DNA from: a virus
Taxonomy: Duplodnaviria > Caudoviricetes
IMG/VR virus record: IMGVR_UViG_3300021978_000001
Span: 256,001-320,000 of that record
Length of the DNA: 64,000 nucleotides
Reading direction: 5' to 3' (one strand)
Notes under the pieces: model-generated
Told to the model about the DNA's origin: nothing
The model's database searches: none
What the model saw: the letters and a program-made list of their open reading frames with translations, nothing else
In this document: piece by piece, positions 27,885-37,273 of the stretch
How the letters are laid out: every line of letters starts with the position of its first letter
Position numbering within the stretch: position 1 is the first letter of the stretch
Translations under genes and position numbers: made by a program

Positions 27885-28930
27885 TGGTTTTTCTTTTCTC
27901 GATCATACGAGGAAAGAAGATCAAGGAACTTACTGGGGTAAGTTCCGTCATAGAACATATACTCTTCTCTCTCTGTAGAAGAGAGAAGAACAAGAAGTTC
28001 AAGAAAGAGTCTTTGAGTAAAGACTCTTTGACTGAAGCTCTGTTCTTGAAGATCAGAATCGGGAAGAGAGAGGGAAGAGGCTTGAAAGGTGTTGGAGGGG
28101 GTAGGGAGGTGTGATTGGATACCCGAGCCCTTCACAGAAAGGCTCTCAAACGTCACAGGAGCGACGGAGAGCCTCTTGAGGGGTTTGATGTGGGTATCGA
28201 GTCGCATTTTATCTTCCTTGCCTTCTACGTGCCTTCCAGGGGCCTTCTAAATCTTCCAGTTCTCTTACGTCAGATCTTCTGTGTTCTATGTGGTCTCCCG
28301 ACCGCCCTGGTTACTCTGTGAACACCGTCTCGTCCTTGAGGGCTGTCTTCCCAGATCCCTCAACACGTCCATAAGTCTCTCAGATGTAGCGTTCTCAGCG
28401 ACAAGAAAGGCATCCTGTGTCTGCATGATGCCAAGATCAACCTCATGATCTCTCTCTTGAAAGGTTCCTCGAAAGGATGCCTCAAAAGTTCCTTGCCCTG
28501 TCCAACGTCTCCTCAACCTCCACAGCCGTTATACGAGAAGGGAAGTCTCGGTCCATAAGTGATCTCTCTTGCTCTTGGAGTGCTCCAGGATGCAGGAGAG
28601 AGAACGCACACGTGACCAGGGGGAGTTACCGATAAGGATCGAGGTGCTATACCTCTTGAGAGACTCGGTTCCTCGTATCGAGCTTTTTTGTTTAAAGAGG
28701 GGAGACAGCAACCCCTCGCACGGCTTCTCTCAATGCTCCTGAAAAGACCTCCACGTTCTTTTGTGAGAACGTGGAGAGGTGTGCCTTTTCAAGCCTTCAC
28801 CGTCCTCGCGGTTCATACCCCGCGACGAAAAAGAGTATGACTCCCCCGAGAGAGGGAGTCAAGCTCTTGTCAAGAGAAAAAAGTAGAATACCGAAAAAAG
28901 GGGAGGATCTTGGTTGTCCTGTAAGGGGGT

Positions 28931-29629
28931 TCAGGACTCGAATGAGAGGGAGGCGAGCTGGTCTTGGAGGTTGATGTAATCCTGCTCGACAAAGGACAGG
29001 TCAGGTTCCTGTGGGGTGTCGATTCGAGCGGCCAGTGCTTGGAGGACCTTGAACCTTGTTGCGCCGCAGGCTTCCTTGAAGATGCATGTTTTGGTGCATT
29101 CAGAGTTGGTCTCGTCGAGAAACCCGAAGCAACCCTTGACCAGCTTCAGGTCTTGAGGAGTCATCCCCCTTGCAGGCTTCGGGTCTCCTACCATGAAGTC
29201 GAAGGGGAGTGTATCAGGCACCAGGGGCTCGGGCTCGGGCTCGGGCTTTGCAACGGGTTTGGATACAGCCTTGGGTTTCGGTGCAGGGGTTGCTTTGGGT
29301 TTCGGTGCAGGCTTAGGGGGCTTGAGGCTGCCCGAAGGGAGCAAGCTGATTCCCACGCGGGTGAGTTGTCGAATCAACCTCTTCCTGGCGCTTCCGTTGT
29401 GGATGGAAGGGGTCGAGGTGATGGAAGCAACGTTCCCCTCTTGCAAATCCTGGAACAACGTCACCGCATCTTGAGCCAGGTACCGAAGGTCATCGGGTTG
29501 AGTCTCCACGGTGACGTGGGCCGTGATAACACCATCCTTGGTGAGCTTGGCGAGCTGTTCATGCGTGAGCCCGGTCAAACTCACAACCTCTTGTGGTTCG
29601 AGGTAGGCGTTCTTCTTGTACATTCTCAT
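28931..29629 (-). CDS. MerR-like HTH protein with Pro/Lys linker and C-terminal Cys cluster
   Basis: YLEPQEVVSLTGLTHEQLAKLTKDGVI; GCFG...ECTKTC...C; start moved to 29629. Confidence 0.65.
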   Translation of the reverse strand: MRMYKKNAYLEPQEVVSLTGLTHEQLAKLTKDGVITAHVTVETQPDDLRYLAQDAVTLFQDLQEGNVASITSTPSIHNGSARKRLIRQLTRVGISLLPSGSLKPPKPAPKPKATPAPKPKAVSKPVAKPEPEPEPLVPDTLPFDFMVGDPKPARGMTPQDLKLVKGCFGFLDETNSECTKTCIFKEACGATRFKVLQALAARIDTPQEPDLSFVEQDYINLQDQLASLSFES

Positions 29630-29674
29630 CGTTGAGTCTCCCTTGTCTTGTGTGTTCGTTCGCGTACCTGGCCT

Positions 29675-29703
29675 TTTATACCACAAGGCAGCATGAGTGT
29701 AAA
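29675..29703 (-). promoter_or_regulatory. conserved phage promoter P1
   Basis: TTTACA-N12-TGTGG-TATAAA. Confidence 0.75.
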
Positions 29704-29710
29704 GCCATCC

Positions 29711-31849
29711 TCATCGAGACAACCTTTGCTTGAGGCGTTGGTGAATCCAACCGTTGACCTCTTTGGCGAACTGCTCCAGGCGGTGGACGCGGATGTAGGC
29801 TTCCTTGGGCAGGAAGTCCAGGCAGATGGTCTCGGTGCCCTGGAAGCCCACGAAGAGCACATCCATATCTTCTCGGGTCAGGTCCTCGTACATGTTGCGC
29901 ATGATGGGGTGAGGATGGAGGTTTGTTTGTTTGCTGTGGTTGCCATCCGTGATGACAATGAGCATCTTCCGTTCTTCTTTACGGGTCTTGAGGCGCTTGG
30001 CGCCTTCCCAGAAGCCGTCCATAAGAGGTGTCCCACCATTTGGTTTGCTCTGGATAAGTTTTGTCAGAGTCAGCAGGTCGTTGGGTTCGTCGAAGTCATG
30101 GAAGACCGGAAAGCTCACCGACCCGAAGCGCGTGAACTGGTCACGCAGTCCTTGTTGCGTTGCTCTGATACCCTTGCTGGAGTCGTATGCGTTTTCTTCT
30201 CGGGCCGCTTGTTCTTCTGCGTAGTATTGCATCGAGGTTCCTTCCTGGAAACCGATGGCGCTCCACTTGACTCCGAGGTCTCCGAGGACCTCGGAGAACG
30301 CCATCATCAGCAAGTGTGGGTTGCCTCTACACATGGAGCCTGAGAGGTCCAGGACGATCTGGACGGCGGTGTTTTCGGCGCGGCGGTGCGTTTTCTTCTC
30401 GAAAGGTTTGGGTATGCGTTGTGTCGCCACGTTGACCAGCGTTCGATTCGATATTTTCCTACCACGCTTGAGGTTACGGAGCGTGCGCGTCTTGCGTTGT
30501 CCTCGCAGCAACAGCGCGAGTTGTGACTTGATAGCGGCCACATAAGGCTTGATTTTCGCCTGGGCTGCTTGGACATCGGGGATAAGGTTTGCTTTCTTTG
30601 CCGGGACAGGGAAACGGTCACGCGAGGTGGTGTAGGGGCGCGGACGCTTTAGGTTATTGTCCAGACCATCCTGGGCTCGCTTGACCAGGGCATCCGAAGG
30701 TTGCATGGCTTTCGTGGAGTTTGCGGTCGAGATGCCCCAGGTGAAATCCAGGTTCTTGGCAGGAGCCTCCGAATCATCTGAGGCTTTCTGTGGGCTCTCA
30801 GAATCGCCTGTAGCGTCTTCATCCTTATCCTGACCCTCGCCACCGCTTGGAGAGCCTTCAGAGGCTTCCTGTACATCCTCAGAGGTGTCACTTTGCCCTT
30901 GCCCTTGCCCTTGTTCGCCCTTCTCGGGCTTTTTGGTGCTTGAGTCACCGTTTGCGTCCTGGTTGTCTTGCTGGCGGTGCTCGCCTTTCTTCCCTTGTGA
31001 GGGAGCTTCTCCCTTTCCAGAACCTTGCTGTTTCTGCTGCTGCTGTTCTTTTTGCTCTTCGATAGCATTGTGGAGCTTGCCCAGGGTGCGGAGCGCGAGC
31101 GCCAGGGTGTCATAGGAGTCCCTTGCCTTGTCGGAGTCTGCAATCTCTTGTGCGAGGTTGTAGTCGGTCCACGCCTTCGCGTATTCGTCGTATTCATCGA
31201 GAGGAGCACGGTCTGTCCATTCTTCGATGATGTCACGCAGGTAGCACGTGATGTGGTCAATCTCTCGGAATTGGTCACGTTGCTCCAACTCCCACACGTC
31301 TTCGTGCGTGCGGCACAGGAGCTTGCGCGCGCCAGCCCACTCCTGGATACCGTAACGTTCGATCATGGCATCTTCGTAGATGTTCCAGAGCGAGGCGAAC
31401 AGGGAGTATTTGTAGCTGTAGCGCAACCCGGGAGTCCAGCACTGGTCGAGGATGGCTTTGAGCCTTGTCATGTCCACAGAATCCCCACGGACCGTGTAGA
31501 GGCTGTGCAGGGCCTCATGGATGATGCCTCCATCAAGGATAGCGAGGTACTCACGCGTGACTCTTGGGGGTGTCATCCCGATGACGATGGTCTTGGTCTT
31601 CGAGATGTTGATGCTCGCGTTTGGCCAGTACATCACAAGCTCTTGCATGGTCGGGGCAACGAGCTTCGTGTGGTAGTTCAAGATGTATTGCATGAAGGTG
31701 TGCAAGGGGAAGTCGCTCGCGTTGTAGTACCTGCGACCCTTGCTGATAATTTTCGTGTCATGGTCCGCCTTATCGAGTAGCATGCGCGTGATGGCACCGT
31801 GCCCGCTCTCGATCCACGTCCCTTGAATCACGTCTTCCTTGTGTGCCAT
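29711..31849 (-). CDS. HExxH metallopeptidase-like / VWA protein (phage CobT-like MoxR partner)
   Basis: IHEALH and NIYED; Q/G/S/D-rich linker; MIDAS VLDLSGSM, GGTP, VITDG. Confidence 0.85.
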   Translation of the reverse strand: MAHKEDVIQGTWIESGHGAITRMLLDKADHDTKIISKGRRYYNASDFPLHTFMQYILNYHTKLVAPTMQELVMYWPNASINISKTKTIVIGMTPPRVTREYLAILDGGIIHEALHSLYTVRGDSVDMTRLKAILDQCWTPGLRYSYKYSLFASLWNIYEDAMIERYGIQEWAGARKLLCRTHEDVWELEQRDQFREIDHITCYLRDIIEEWTDRAPLDEYDEYAKAWTDYNLAQEIADSDKARDSYDTLALALRTLGKLHNAIEEQKEQQQQKQQGSGKGEAPSQGKKGEHRQQDNQDANGDSSTKKPEKGEQGQGQGQSDTSEDVQEASEGSPSGGEGQDKDEDATGDSESPQKASDDSEAPAKNLDFTWGISTANSTKAMQPSDALVKRAQDGLDNNLKRPRPYTTSRDRFPVPAKKANLIPDVQAAQAKIKPYVAAIKSQLALLLRGQRKTRTLRNLKRGRKISNRTLVNVATQRIPKPFEKKTHRRAENTAVQIVLDLSGSMCRGNPHLLMMAFSEVLGDLGVKWSAIGFQEGTSMQYYAEEQAAREENAYDSSKGIRATQQGLRDQFTRFGSVSFPVFHDFDEPNDLLTLTKLIQSKPNGGTPLMDGFWEGAKRLKTRKEERKMLIVITDGNHSKQTNLHPHPIMRNMYEDLTREDMDVLFVGFQGTETICLDFLPKEAYIRVHRLEQFAKEVNGWIHQRLKQRLSR

Positions 31850-31902
31850 GGCTTATCTCCGTGTCTCTTGCTCTTCAAGCTGTCGTACTGTCGTCAGATT
31901 CC

Positions 31903-31931
31903 TTGTTACCACAAAACAAACACAGTGTAAA
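31903..31931 (-). promoter_or_regulatory. conserved phage promoter P2
   Basis: TTTACA-N12-TGTGG-TAACAA. Confidence 0.75.
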
Positions 31932-31996
31932 AGGAAAAGGTTTTGAGAAGAGTCTCAAAACCTTTTCACTTGCTACTTGCCACTTGCTATCAGGGG

Positions 31997-33202
31997 TCAG
32001 CTCGGGAGCGTCACGCCCATGACGCGACGCAGGATGCTTTCACGTTCGTGTGGTGCGTAGCGATCCATCCAGTCTTCGGCGGTGATGGTCAGGTGCTCTG
32101 TGCGGTATCGCCCCTCTTCGCGACACATGATGTGGATGCCACGCAACCAGTCTTCGCAGCGTCGGTGCGAGAAGTTGATGGGGAGGTGCTCGGTCTCTGC
32201 CATTTCGCGAAGCTGCGTGCAGACTTTCATGACCAGCTTGAAGGGTTCTGTCGAGAACTTGGCGAGTTCGGGGAACTTGTCCAGGAGGATCTTCTCCTCT
32301 TCCTTCGGAGTCATGTAGGGGTATTCGATGAACACGTTGAAGCGGTCGAGGATAGCATCATCCATCATCTGCACGGAATCATACGTGCCTGCATCATCGC
32401 CACGTCCGCGCGAGTTTGCGGTCGCCACGATGAGCGTATCCGGGTGCATGGTGATGTCATCGCCAAGCTCCTGGACGTAAACCTTGCGCGCGTTACGGTC
32501 GAGCGCGTGTCGAAACAGCTCGTGGTACGTCGAGGGCGCGCGGTCAATGTCATCGACCAGGATAACGACGCCACGACGCACACCATCCTTCCCCACGTGT
32601 CCTTCGAGCGCCTTGAGGAGCTTACCAGGGACGAACGTGGTGATGTTTTGCTTGGTCTCGGGGTCAATTACAATCTCGCGCTGTCCGAGGAAGGTCGCAG
32701 GGTCGAGGTCTTCACGCATTTCGACGTGCAGGAACTCGCGGTTGGTCCGGTGTGCAATCTCGCGCACCACGGTGGTCTTGCCTGTCCCCGCTGCGCCATA
32801 GATGAAGGGTTGCATCTTGTACTTGATTCCACGCGCGATACGCATAGCAGCAGCGCCAGCCTTGCCTTGTGTGGGGAAGCAATACCCTGGTGTGCCGTGC
32901 GCGGGACGCAGGAGAACATCACGGTTGACGTTTTCTGCGGGAATGAGCACGTCTCCGACCTTTGCATAGCCTTTTTGCGAGAGGGGAGCCTTGCGCTTGA
33001 CATCGAGCGCGTAGAAGGCTTCCCACACGTCAGGAGCGAACAGGTTGGTGTTCGCTCCGTGGCTTTCGAGATAGGCGGGGAGGTCTTCACGATCTATCTC
33101 ATCGAGCACACTGATACAGGTTTTGCCTGTATTGCCGTTGACGGCCAGGTCATTCTTGAAGTGGATGCGTGACCCGGTGGAGGTCTTGATGCGTCGTCCC
33201 AT
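31997..33202 (-). CDS. MoxR-type AAA+ ATPase (CobS/CbbQ-like)
   Basis: GAAGTGKT, VDDIDRA, VATANSRG, DAILDRF, SHRR. Confidence 0.9.
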   Translation of the reverse strand: MGRRIKTSTGSRIHFKNDLAVNGNTGKTCISVLDEIDREDLPAYLESHGANTNLFAPDVWEAFYALDVKRKAPLSQKGYAKVGDVLIPAENVNRDVLLRPAHGTPGYCFPTQGKAGAAAMRIARGIKYKMQPFIYGAAGTGKTTVVREIAHRTNREFLHVEMREDLDPATFLGQREIVIDPETKQNITTFVPGKLLKALEGHVGKDGVRRGVVILVDDIDRAPSTYHELFRHALDRNARKVYVQELGDDITMHPDTLIVATANSRGRGDDAGTYDSVQMMDDAILDRFNVFIEYPYMTPKEEEKILLDKFPELAKFSTEPFKLVMKVCTQLREMAETEHLPINFSHRRCEDWLRGIHIMCREEGRYRTEHLTITAEDWMDRYAPHERESILRRVMGVTLPS

Positions 33203-33247
33203 GATGTAACCTCATGTTGGTTGGTGTCGTCAATGTCGTACCAACAC

Positions 33248-33276
33248 GTGTTACCATAAAGAGCACCTAGCGTAAA
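33248..33276 (-). promoter_or_regulatory. conserved phage promoter P3
   Basis: TTTACG-N12-TATGG-TAACAC. Confidence 0.75.
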
Positions 33277-33282
33277 ACAAAA

Positions 33283-33337
33283 AACCCGCCAACCTTGGGG
33301 ACCTGGAGGGAGAGCCAGGACACCGAGGCGGCGGGTT
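33283..33337 (-). terminator. long interrupted hairpin terminator
   Basis: aacccgcc/ggcgggtt, ccttgg/ccgagg, cctgg/ccagg stems followed by a T-tract on the minus strand. Confidence 0.7.
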
Positions 33338-33358
33338 CGGGCCGAACCACGTTTGTGA

Positions 33359-34351
33359 TCAGCGCATCTGGAGGTCCTGGAGGACCGATTCGATCTCGGG
33401 GTACATGCCGACCAGGATCTTGCGCAGGTTCTTGAGGCGGTTGTTAAACTTCACCTTGTTGGAGTTGCGCGTGTTGGTGTCGAGAGGTTCATCGAAACCG
33501 AGCGCTTGCCACAGGGGCATGCGTCCGCGTTGGCCTGTCTTGGGGTCCATCGCGTTGATCGTCACTTCGAGCAGTTCATTGGCGGTAGCAGCGGGATCTT
33601 GCATGTAGGCGTCGAAGATGTGTGCGTAGTCGTCATCACGCTTCTGCAACTTGTCTTGGATACGACGCACAAGGTCAGTCAAGACTGGGTTGCGGCGAGA
33701 CATGCTCATCCAGTTGCCCATCATGTCCTTCGTGATCCCGTCGAGCGTGAAGAGGCTCTCGAAGAGGCGCCCTTTGCCTGCGGCTTCGGGGTCTGCGTCG
33801 CCGCTATCGAAACCACTGTCCGGGTTCACGCGCACCATCTCGGTACGAAGCATGTTGTATGCTTTGTTTTGCGTGAACTTTCCGAGCGTGGCTTCCATAC
33901 GCGCCTTGTCATAACCTTCGCGCGCCCACGCTTCGATCTCTCCCAGGATATTGTTGCGCCAGTCCCCCGTTTCACGGATGGTGTTCACGCGCTTGCCTGC
34001 GAGCATGTCGGTAAACAGTTCAGCAACGAAGTCTTCCTGATCCATGGATTTGGGGACGTACTTGCGCGAGTTACGCACGATCACCTTCCCCCAATCGACC
34101 TTGGGTACGGGAGGGAGCCCATCCGCCTGGAGGCGGCGGTCAATGCCTTCTCGCTGAATCAGCGAGTTGATGGCTTGAGTCAGATCACGCGCTGAATAGG
34201 CGCGAATGTTGCGCGAGGCGCGACGTTCGATGTGCGCGGTGTCATGGAAGATACGCGCCATCGCAACAATCGCACGAAACTCCAGGGGGGTTGCGGATGC
34301 GTAAATGCTGCGTTGAGCGCTGCGCAGGTAACTTGCGAGGCGGTTGCTCAT
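33359..34351 (-). CDS. divergent sigma70-family-like protein with N-terminal extension
   Basis: RKYVPKSMDQEDFVAELF and ATLGKFTQNKAYNMLR resemble region 2; C-terminal QALGF...VKFNNRLKNLRKIL resembles region 4. Confidence 0.5.
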   Translation of the reverse strand: MSNRLASYLRSAQRSIYASATPLEFRAIVAMARIFHDTAHIERRASRNIRAYSARDLTQAINSLIQREGIDRRLQADGLPPVPKVDWGKVIVRNSRKYVPKSMDQEDFVAELFTDMLAGKRVNTIRETGDWRNNILGEIEAWAREGYDKARMEATLGKFTQNKAYNMLRTEMVRVNPDSGFDSGDADPEAAGKGRLFESLFTLDGITKDMMGNWMSMSRRNPVLTDLVRRIQDKLQKRDDDYAHIFDAYMQDPAATANELLEVTINAMDPKTGQRGRMPLWQALGFDEPLDTNTRNSNKVKFNNRLKNLRKILVGMYPEIESVLQDLQMR

Positions 34352-34375
34352 GGGTAAGCTCCAGGGTGTGTAGGT

Positions 34376-35083
34376 TCAATCGGCGGGGAGCCAATCGCGG
34401 GTCAGAGGGATACGTGCGTCGAGTTCGATGTGTCCGTGATCAATCGCGTAGATGAAGTCATTGAACCAGGCACAATAGCGGTCGATGCGTGTGGCGCCAT
34501 ACGCGATCAGGCGCCATGGGTTGTTGTCCGTCTTCCGTACTGAACCTGCGTTGTATGCCGAACAAATCAACACGGGATCACGCCCATACCGTTCGGTCTG
34601 GTGCGCCATGTATGCAGCACCCAACAGGATCGAGTAGAAAGAATCGAACAGGAGCGCGCGGTTGACCATGCCGGGATCGAGCAGGTAGTATTTCCTCGCC
34701 ATGCTTCGTGCGGTGGAGATCAACGTTTGCATCAATCCAGGAGATACACGATGTGGGGTCTGCTCGTCCGAGATATAACCTGGCTCTTCGCGCACCGATT
34801 GGGGGTCGTAATGTCCGTTCGAGAGGCGCCTGGCTTCGATCGGGATCATCGCGACGATCACGTCCGCAGGGACGTTCAGTTCGGCACAGGCATATTGGAT
34901 GTCCTCGCCAAAGTCCTCCCACAGTGTCATGACCGTGGTAGGTGTACCCTTGGTGCGGAAGTATCCCCGATCACGGGTTTCGATTCCCGTATCGGTGATG
35001 CGCCACTCCCTACCGCCATATCTGCTGTGCCATTCGTGCATCGTGAGTCTCGTGGGGTTTTTGTTTCTATAACCCATGTTCAA
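34376..35083 (-). CDS. SLT-family lytic transglycosylase
   Basis: MIPIEA (catalytic Glu), SPGLMQ, GAAYM, AYNAG; exact start uncertain. Confidence 0.85.
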   Translation of the reverse strand: MNMGYRNKNPTRLTMHEWHSRYGGREWRITDTGIETRDRGYFRTKGTPTTVMTLWEDFGEDIQYACAELNVPADVIVAMIPIEARRLSNGHYDPQSVREEPGYISDEQTPHRVSPGLMQTLISTARSMARKYYLLDPGMVNRALLFDSFYSILLGAAYMAHQTERYGRDPVLICSAYNAGSVRKTDNNPWRLIAYGATRIDRYCAWFNDFIYAIDHGHIELDARIPLTRDWLPAD

Positions 35084-35120
35084 AGACGGTACCTATAAGC
35101 ACAATATCGGAGGGTAGACG

Positions 35121-35543
35121 ATGCACAACCTGGAACAGAACGACTCTTCTTTTGACACATACATCACTCTTGAGGAAGCACTCGCGCTCGCGCCCGAGCG
35201 GTTCGTGAACTCTCACCAGGTGCTCTTCTGGATACGAGATACGCTGATCAGGGATACACCCTTTCGTTACGCGGATGTATATCAGCTCGTGCGTGATCTG
35301 GACGAGCTGGCATCTGGAGGGTTCGAGTGGAGCGGGCATACCTTGCGCAAGACACTCTCCTGGTTCAAGAGGTCCGGGCATATCAAGGTGATGGATGACT
35401 ACCACAAAGACCCTTCACAGCATGTGTACATCTGGACTTTGTACTACCAAAGACGCCTGGATCACGTGAGATCACGGAAAAACCAGGTAGGCGATAGGGC
35501 GCATAGAGCCTGGAGAAGCGCGCTGTCGGGAGAGAAATCTTGA
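35121..35543 (+). CDS. hypothetical protein (possible winged helix)
   Basis: 140 aa behind SD ggagg. Confidence 0.7.
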   Translation: MHNLEQNDSSFDTYITLEEALALAPERFVNSHQVLFWIRDTLIRDTPFRYADVYQLVRDLDELASGGFEWSGHTLRKTLSWFKRSGHIKVMDDYHKDPSQHVYIWTLYYQRRLDHVRSRKNQVGDRAHRAWRSALSGEKS

Positions 35544-35551
35544 AGAAAGTT

Positions 35552-35580
35552 TTTACGCCCCTCATACCTTGTGGTATCGG
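35552..35580 (+). promoter_or_regulatory. conserved phage promoter P4
   Basis: TTTACG-N12-TGTGG-TATCGG, followed by TAAGTGTACGGAACGA. Confidence 0.8.
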
Positions 35581-35637
35581 TAAGTGTACGGAACGAGAGA
35601 CGACAACAACCCGGCACGAAACAATATGAGGGACATC

Positions 35638-35958
35638 ATGACGAACCTTACCGCTACCGCTACCGATTGCACCAAAGTCAACTACTACTTCTCCTCCAAC
35701 AAGGGCCGCTACTCGTGGGAATGCGCCTGCGGCGAACTTCACCGCACCGCGCAGAGCGCGGTCAAGTGCTCCAAATGTCGCCAGTACGTGGCGGACGCCC
35801 CCCGCACCGCGACTCACGTCCTCTTCGGCGTGACGCTCTCCGCAGAGATGGTCCGCTACGGTCACGCTCTCATGGAAGAGCCTGTCCAGGTCTTCGCCTC
35901 GGAAGAGGCGTTCCGCGCGGCTCAGAAGAACGCCCACACCAACCAGCGCTTCGCCTGA
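35638..35958 (+). CDS. small zinc-finger protein
   Basis: CACG...CSKC; ATG 35638 behind gaggga. Confidence 0.75.
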   Translation: MTNLTATATDCTKVNYYFSSNKGRYSWECACGELHRTAQSAVKCSKCRQYVADAPRTATHVLFGVTLSAEMVRYGHALMEEPVQVFASEEAFRAAQKNAHTNQRFA

Positions 35959-36012
35959 ACGGCGGCGCTCCGCCCGAGCTTTCCACTCACGCTTTGATAC
36001 GAGGATAAGACC

Positions 36013-36300
36013 ATGACGGATTTTCAGACCACGCAAGAACTCGCCACGAAACTCTACAAAGCTGCCTCCTCGAACGTCCAACAGCGCGCGACGCGCTACT
36101 ACAAGGCGCACAAGGTCGAAGACCTCGAATTGAGCGAGGGCGTCTTGACCGCCAAGGTTCGCGGCCAGGAGTTGTACGAGGTGTCTGTGGACTTCAACAC
36201 GCGTAAGAGGCGCTGTACGTGCCCGGCCCATAAGTACCAGCGTGGTCAAGCCTGCAAGCACGTCCTCGCTGCACTCAAGCCCTTTCAGGAGGCGAACTGA
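36013..36300 (+). CDS. SWIM zinc-finger protein
   Basis: YEVSV...CTCPAH...CKHVLA. Confidence 0.85.
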   Translation: MTDFQTTQELATKLYKAASSNVQQRATRYYKAHKVEDLELSEGVLTAKVRGQELYEVSVDFNTRKRRCTCPAHKYQRGQACKHVLAALKPFQEAN

Positions 36301-36757
36301 GGTAGTCTTCTGCTAGAGAGCGAAGACGAGCCTTGAGCTGATTCACTTGGTAAAGGGTCATGTCCATACACTCGCAGATCTCGCTGCGAGTGTAGCCCAT
36401 GGCGAGCAAGACATAGACACGGCGCGGTTCGATGTCGTCGAGGTCCAGGGTCTCGCGCAGGTAGGTTTTGAAGGTGCGACCCTGGCCCTTGTGTGTGTGG
36501 AAGGTGTCTTGCAAAACATCTTCTGCTTCGGTGCGTTTCTGCGCGCCGTAGTAGCGCATGCGTGTCACCCACACGGAACGGCACACGCGATTGACGAATG
36601 CTGCGACCTCTCCGCGCTTGGGATCATACAGATGCTTGACCTCGACCAGACGCACCCAGATGTCTTGTGCCATGTCCTCGGGTTCCGAGTCCTTGGCGAG
36701 CCAGGATCGCATGGTTTGCGTGATCACGTCATGTTGTGCGGTGAGGTCGAGCATCAT
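36275..36757 (-). CDS. minimal ECF-type sigma factor
   Basis: EDMAQDIWVRL...YDPKRG (region 2); GYTRSEICECMDMTLYQVNQLKARLR (region 4). Confidence 0.8.
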   Translation of the reverse strand: MMLDLTAQHDVITQTMRSWLAKDSEPEDMAQDIWVRLVEVKHLYDPKRGEVAAFVNRVCRSVWVTRMRYYGAQKRTEAEDVLQDTFHTHKGQGRTFKTYLRETLDLDDIEPRRVYVLLAMGYTRSEICECMDMTLYQVNQLKARLRSLAEDYLSSPPERA

Positions 36758-37257
36758 TCCACATTAGCCAGGTTCACGCAGGATGCTTTGCAGCGGTCCT
36801 CATTGCAGCTTTCGATACGAACCATCACGTCCATGTCTTGAACGTAGAACACACGACGATCCGGGTGGTTGGCCATGTCCAGGCGTCCGGTGAAGCGGCG
36901 CTCTTCTCCAAGCCTGTAACCCACATAGAGTGCATTGCCATCTTGCTTGTGGATGTCGATTTGAATCGCATCATCACAAGGCAAGGGTGCTTCGGTGCCT
37001 GTGATCTCGAAGCGTTCGAGCTTGGGGAAACTCGTCAGGCATCCATTGAGTGTGTCGGTCTTGTCGATGAGCGCTTCTTCGACTTCCGAGACATGCTTCT
37101 GACATGCAGCCAGGTCTTGACTCAAGTCGGGTCCTGCATCTGCCGTTGTTCCCTGATCAGCGCATGTGTCTGGACAGGAAAGGTCAGGCGTGTCTGGTGT
37201 GGTAGGTCGGCAAGCGCTCAGGCTCAGTAGCAGCGTGATCAGCAGTAGGTGCTTCAT
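36754..37257 (-). CDS. putative lipoprotein
   Basis: MKHLLLITLLLSLSA-C lipobox; start moved to 37257. Confidence 0.8.
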   Translation of the reverse strand: MKHLLLITLLLSLSACRPTTPDTPDLSCPDTCADQGTTADAGPDLSQDLAACQKHVSEVEEALIDKTDTLNGCLTSFPKLERFEITGTEAPLPCDDAIQIDIHKQDGNALYVGYRLGEERRFTGRLDMANHPDRRVFYVQDMDVMVRIESCNEDRCKASCVNLANVE

Positions 37258-37273
37258 GGTTCTCTCTTTGGTG

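Larger units (their letters stand above)
27200..28930. other. 1.7 kb non-coding, repeat- and hairpin-rich region; origin-of-replication candidate
   Basis: No convincing ORF; hairpins at 27408-27431, 27665-27686, 27925-27946, 28004-28029, 28749-28776; alternating purine/pyrimidine tracts. Confidence 0.45.

Noticed and set aside
27753-28207. Poly-Leu, poly-Ser and poly-Ala ORFs over the trinucleotide array (including a tmRNA-tag-like SALAALA end)
   Set aside because: Low complexity produced by the repeat; A-ending codons are atypical for this genome; peptide does not end in LAA-stop and no tmRNA ends were found. The 146 aa ORF cannot be fully excluded
27200-28930. Canonical DnaA boxes (TTATCCACA)
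   Set aside because: None found by eye, so a host-type oriC is not claimed
16771-29629. PKP-rich repeats in 16771..18015 and 28931..29629 as a shared domain
   Set aside because: Generic low-complexity linkers, not evidence of homology
29711-33202. Cobalamin biosynthesis (CobS/CobT) call next to a B12-dependent RNR
   Set aside because: No CobN or other cob genes; architecture fits generic phage MoxR-VWA pairs
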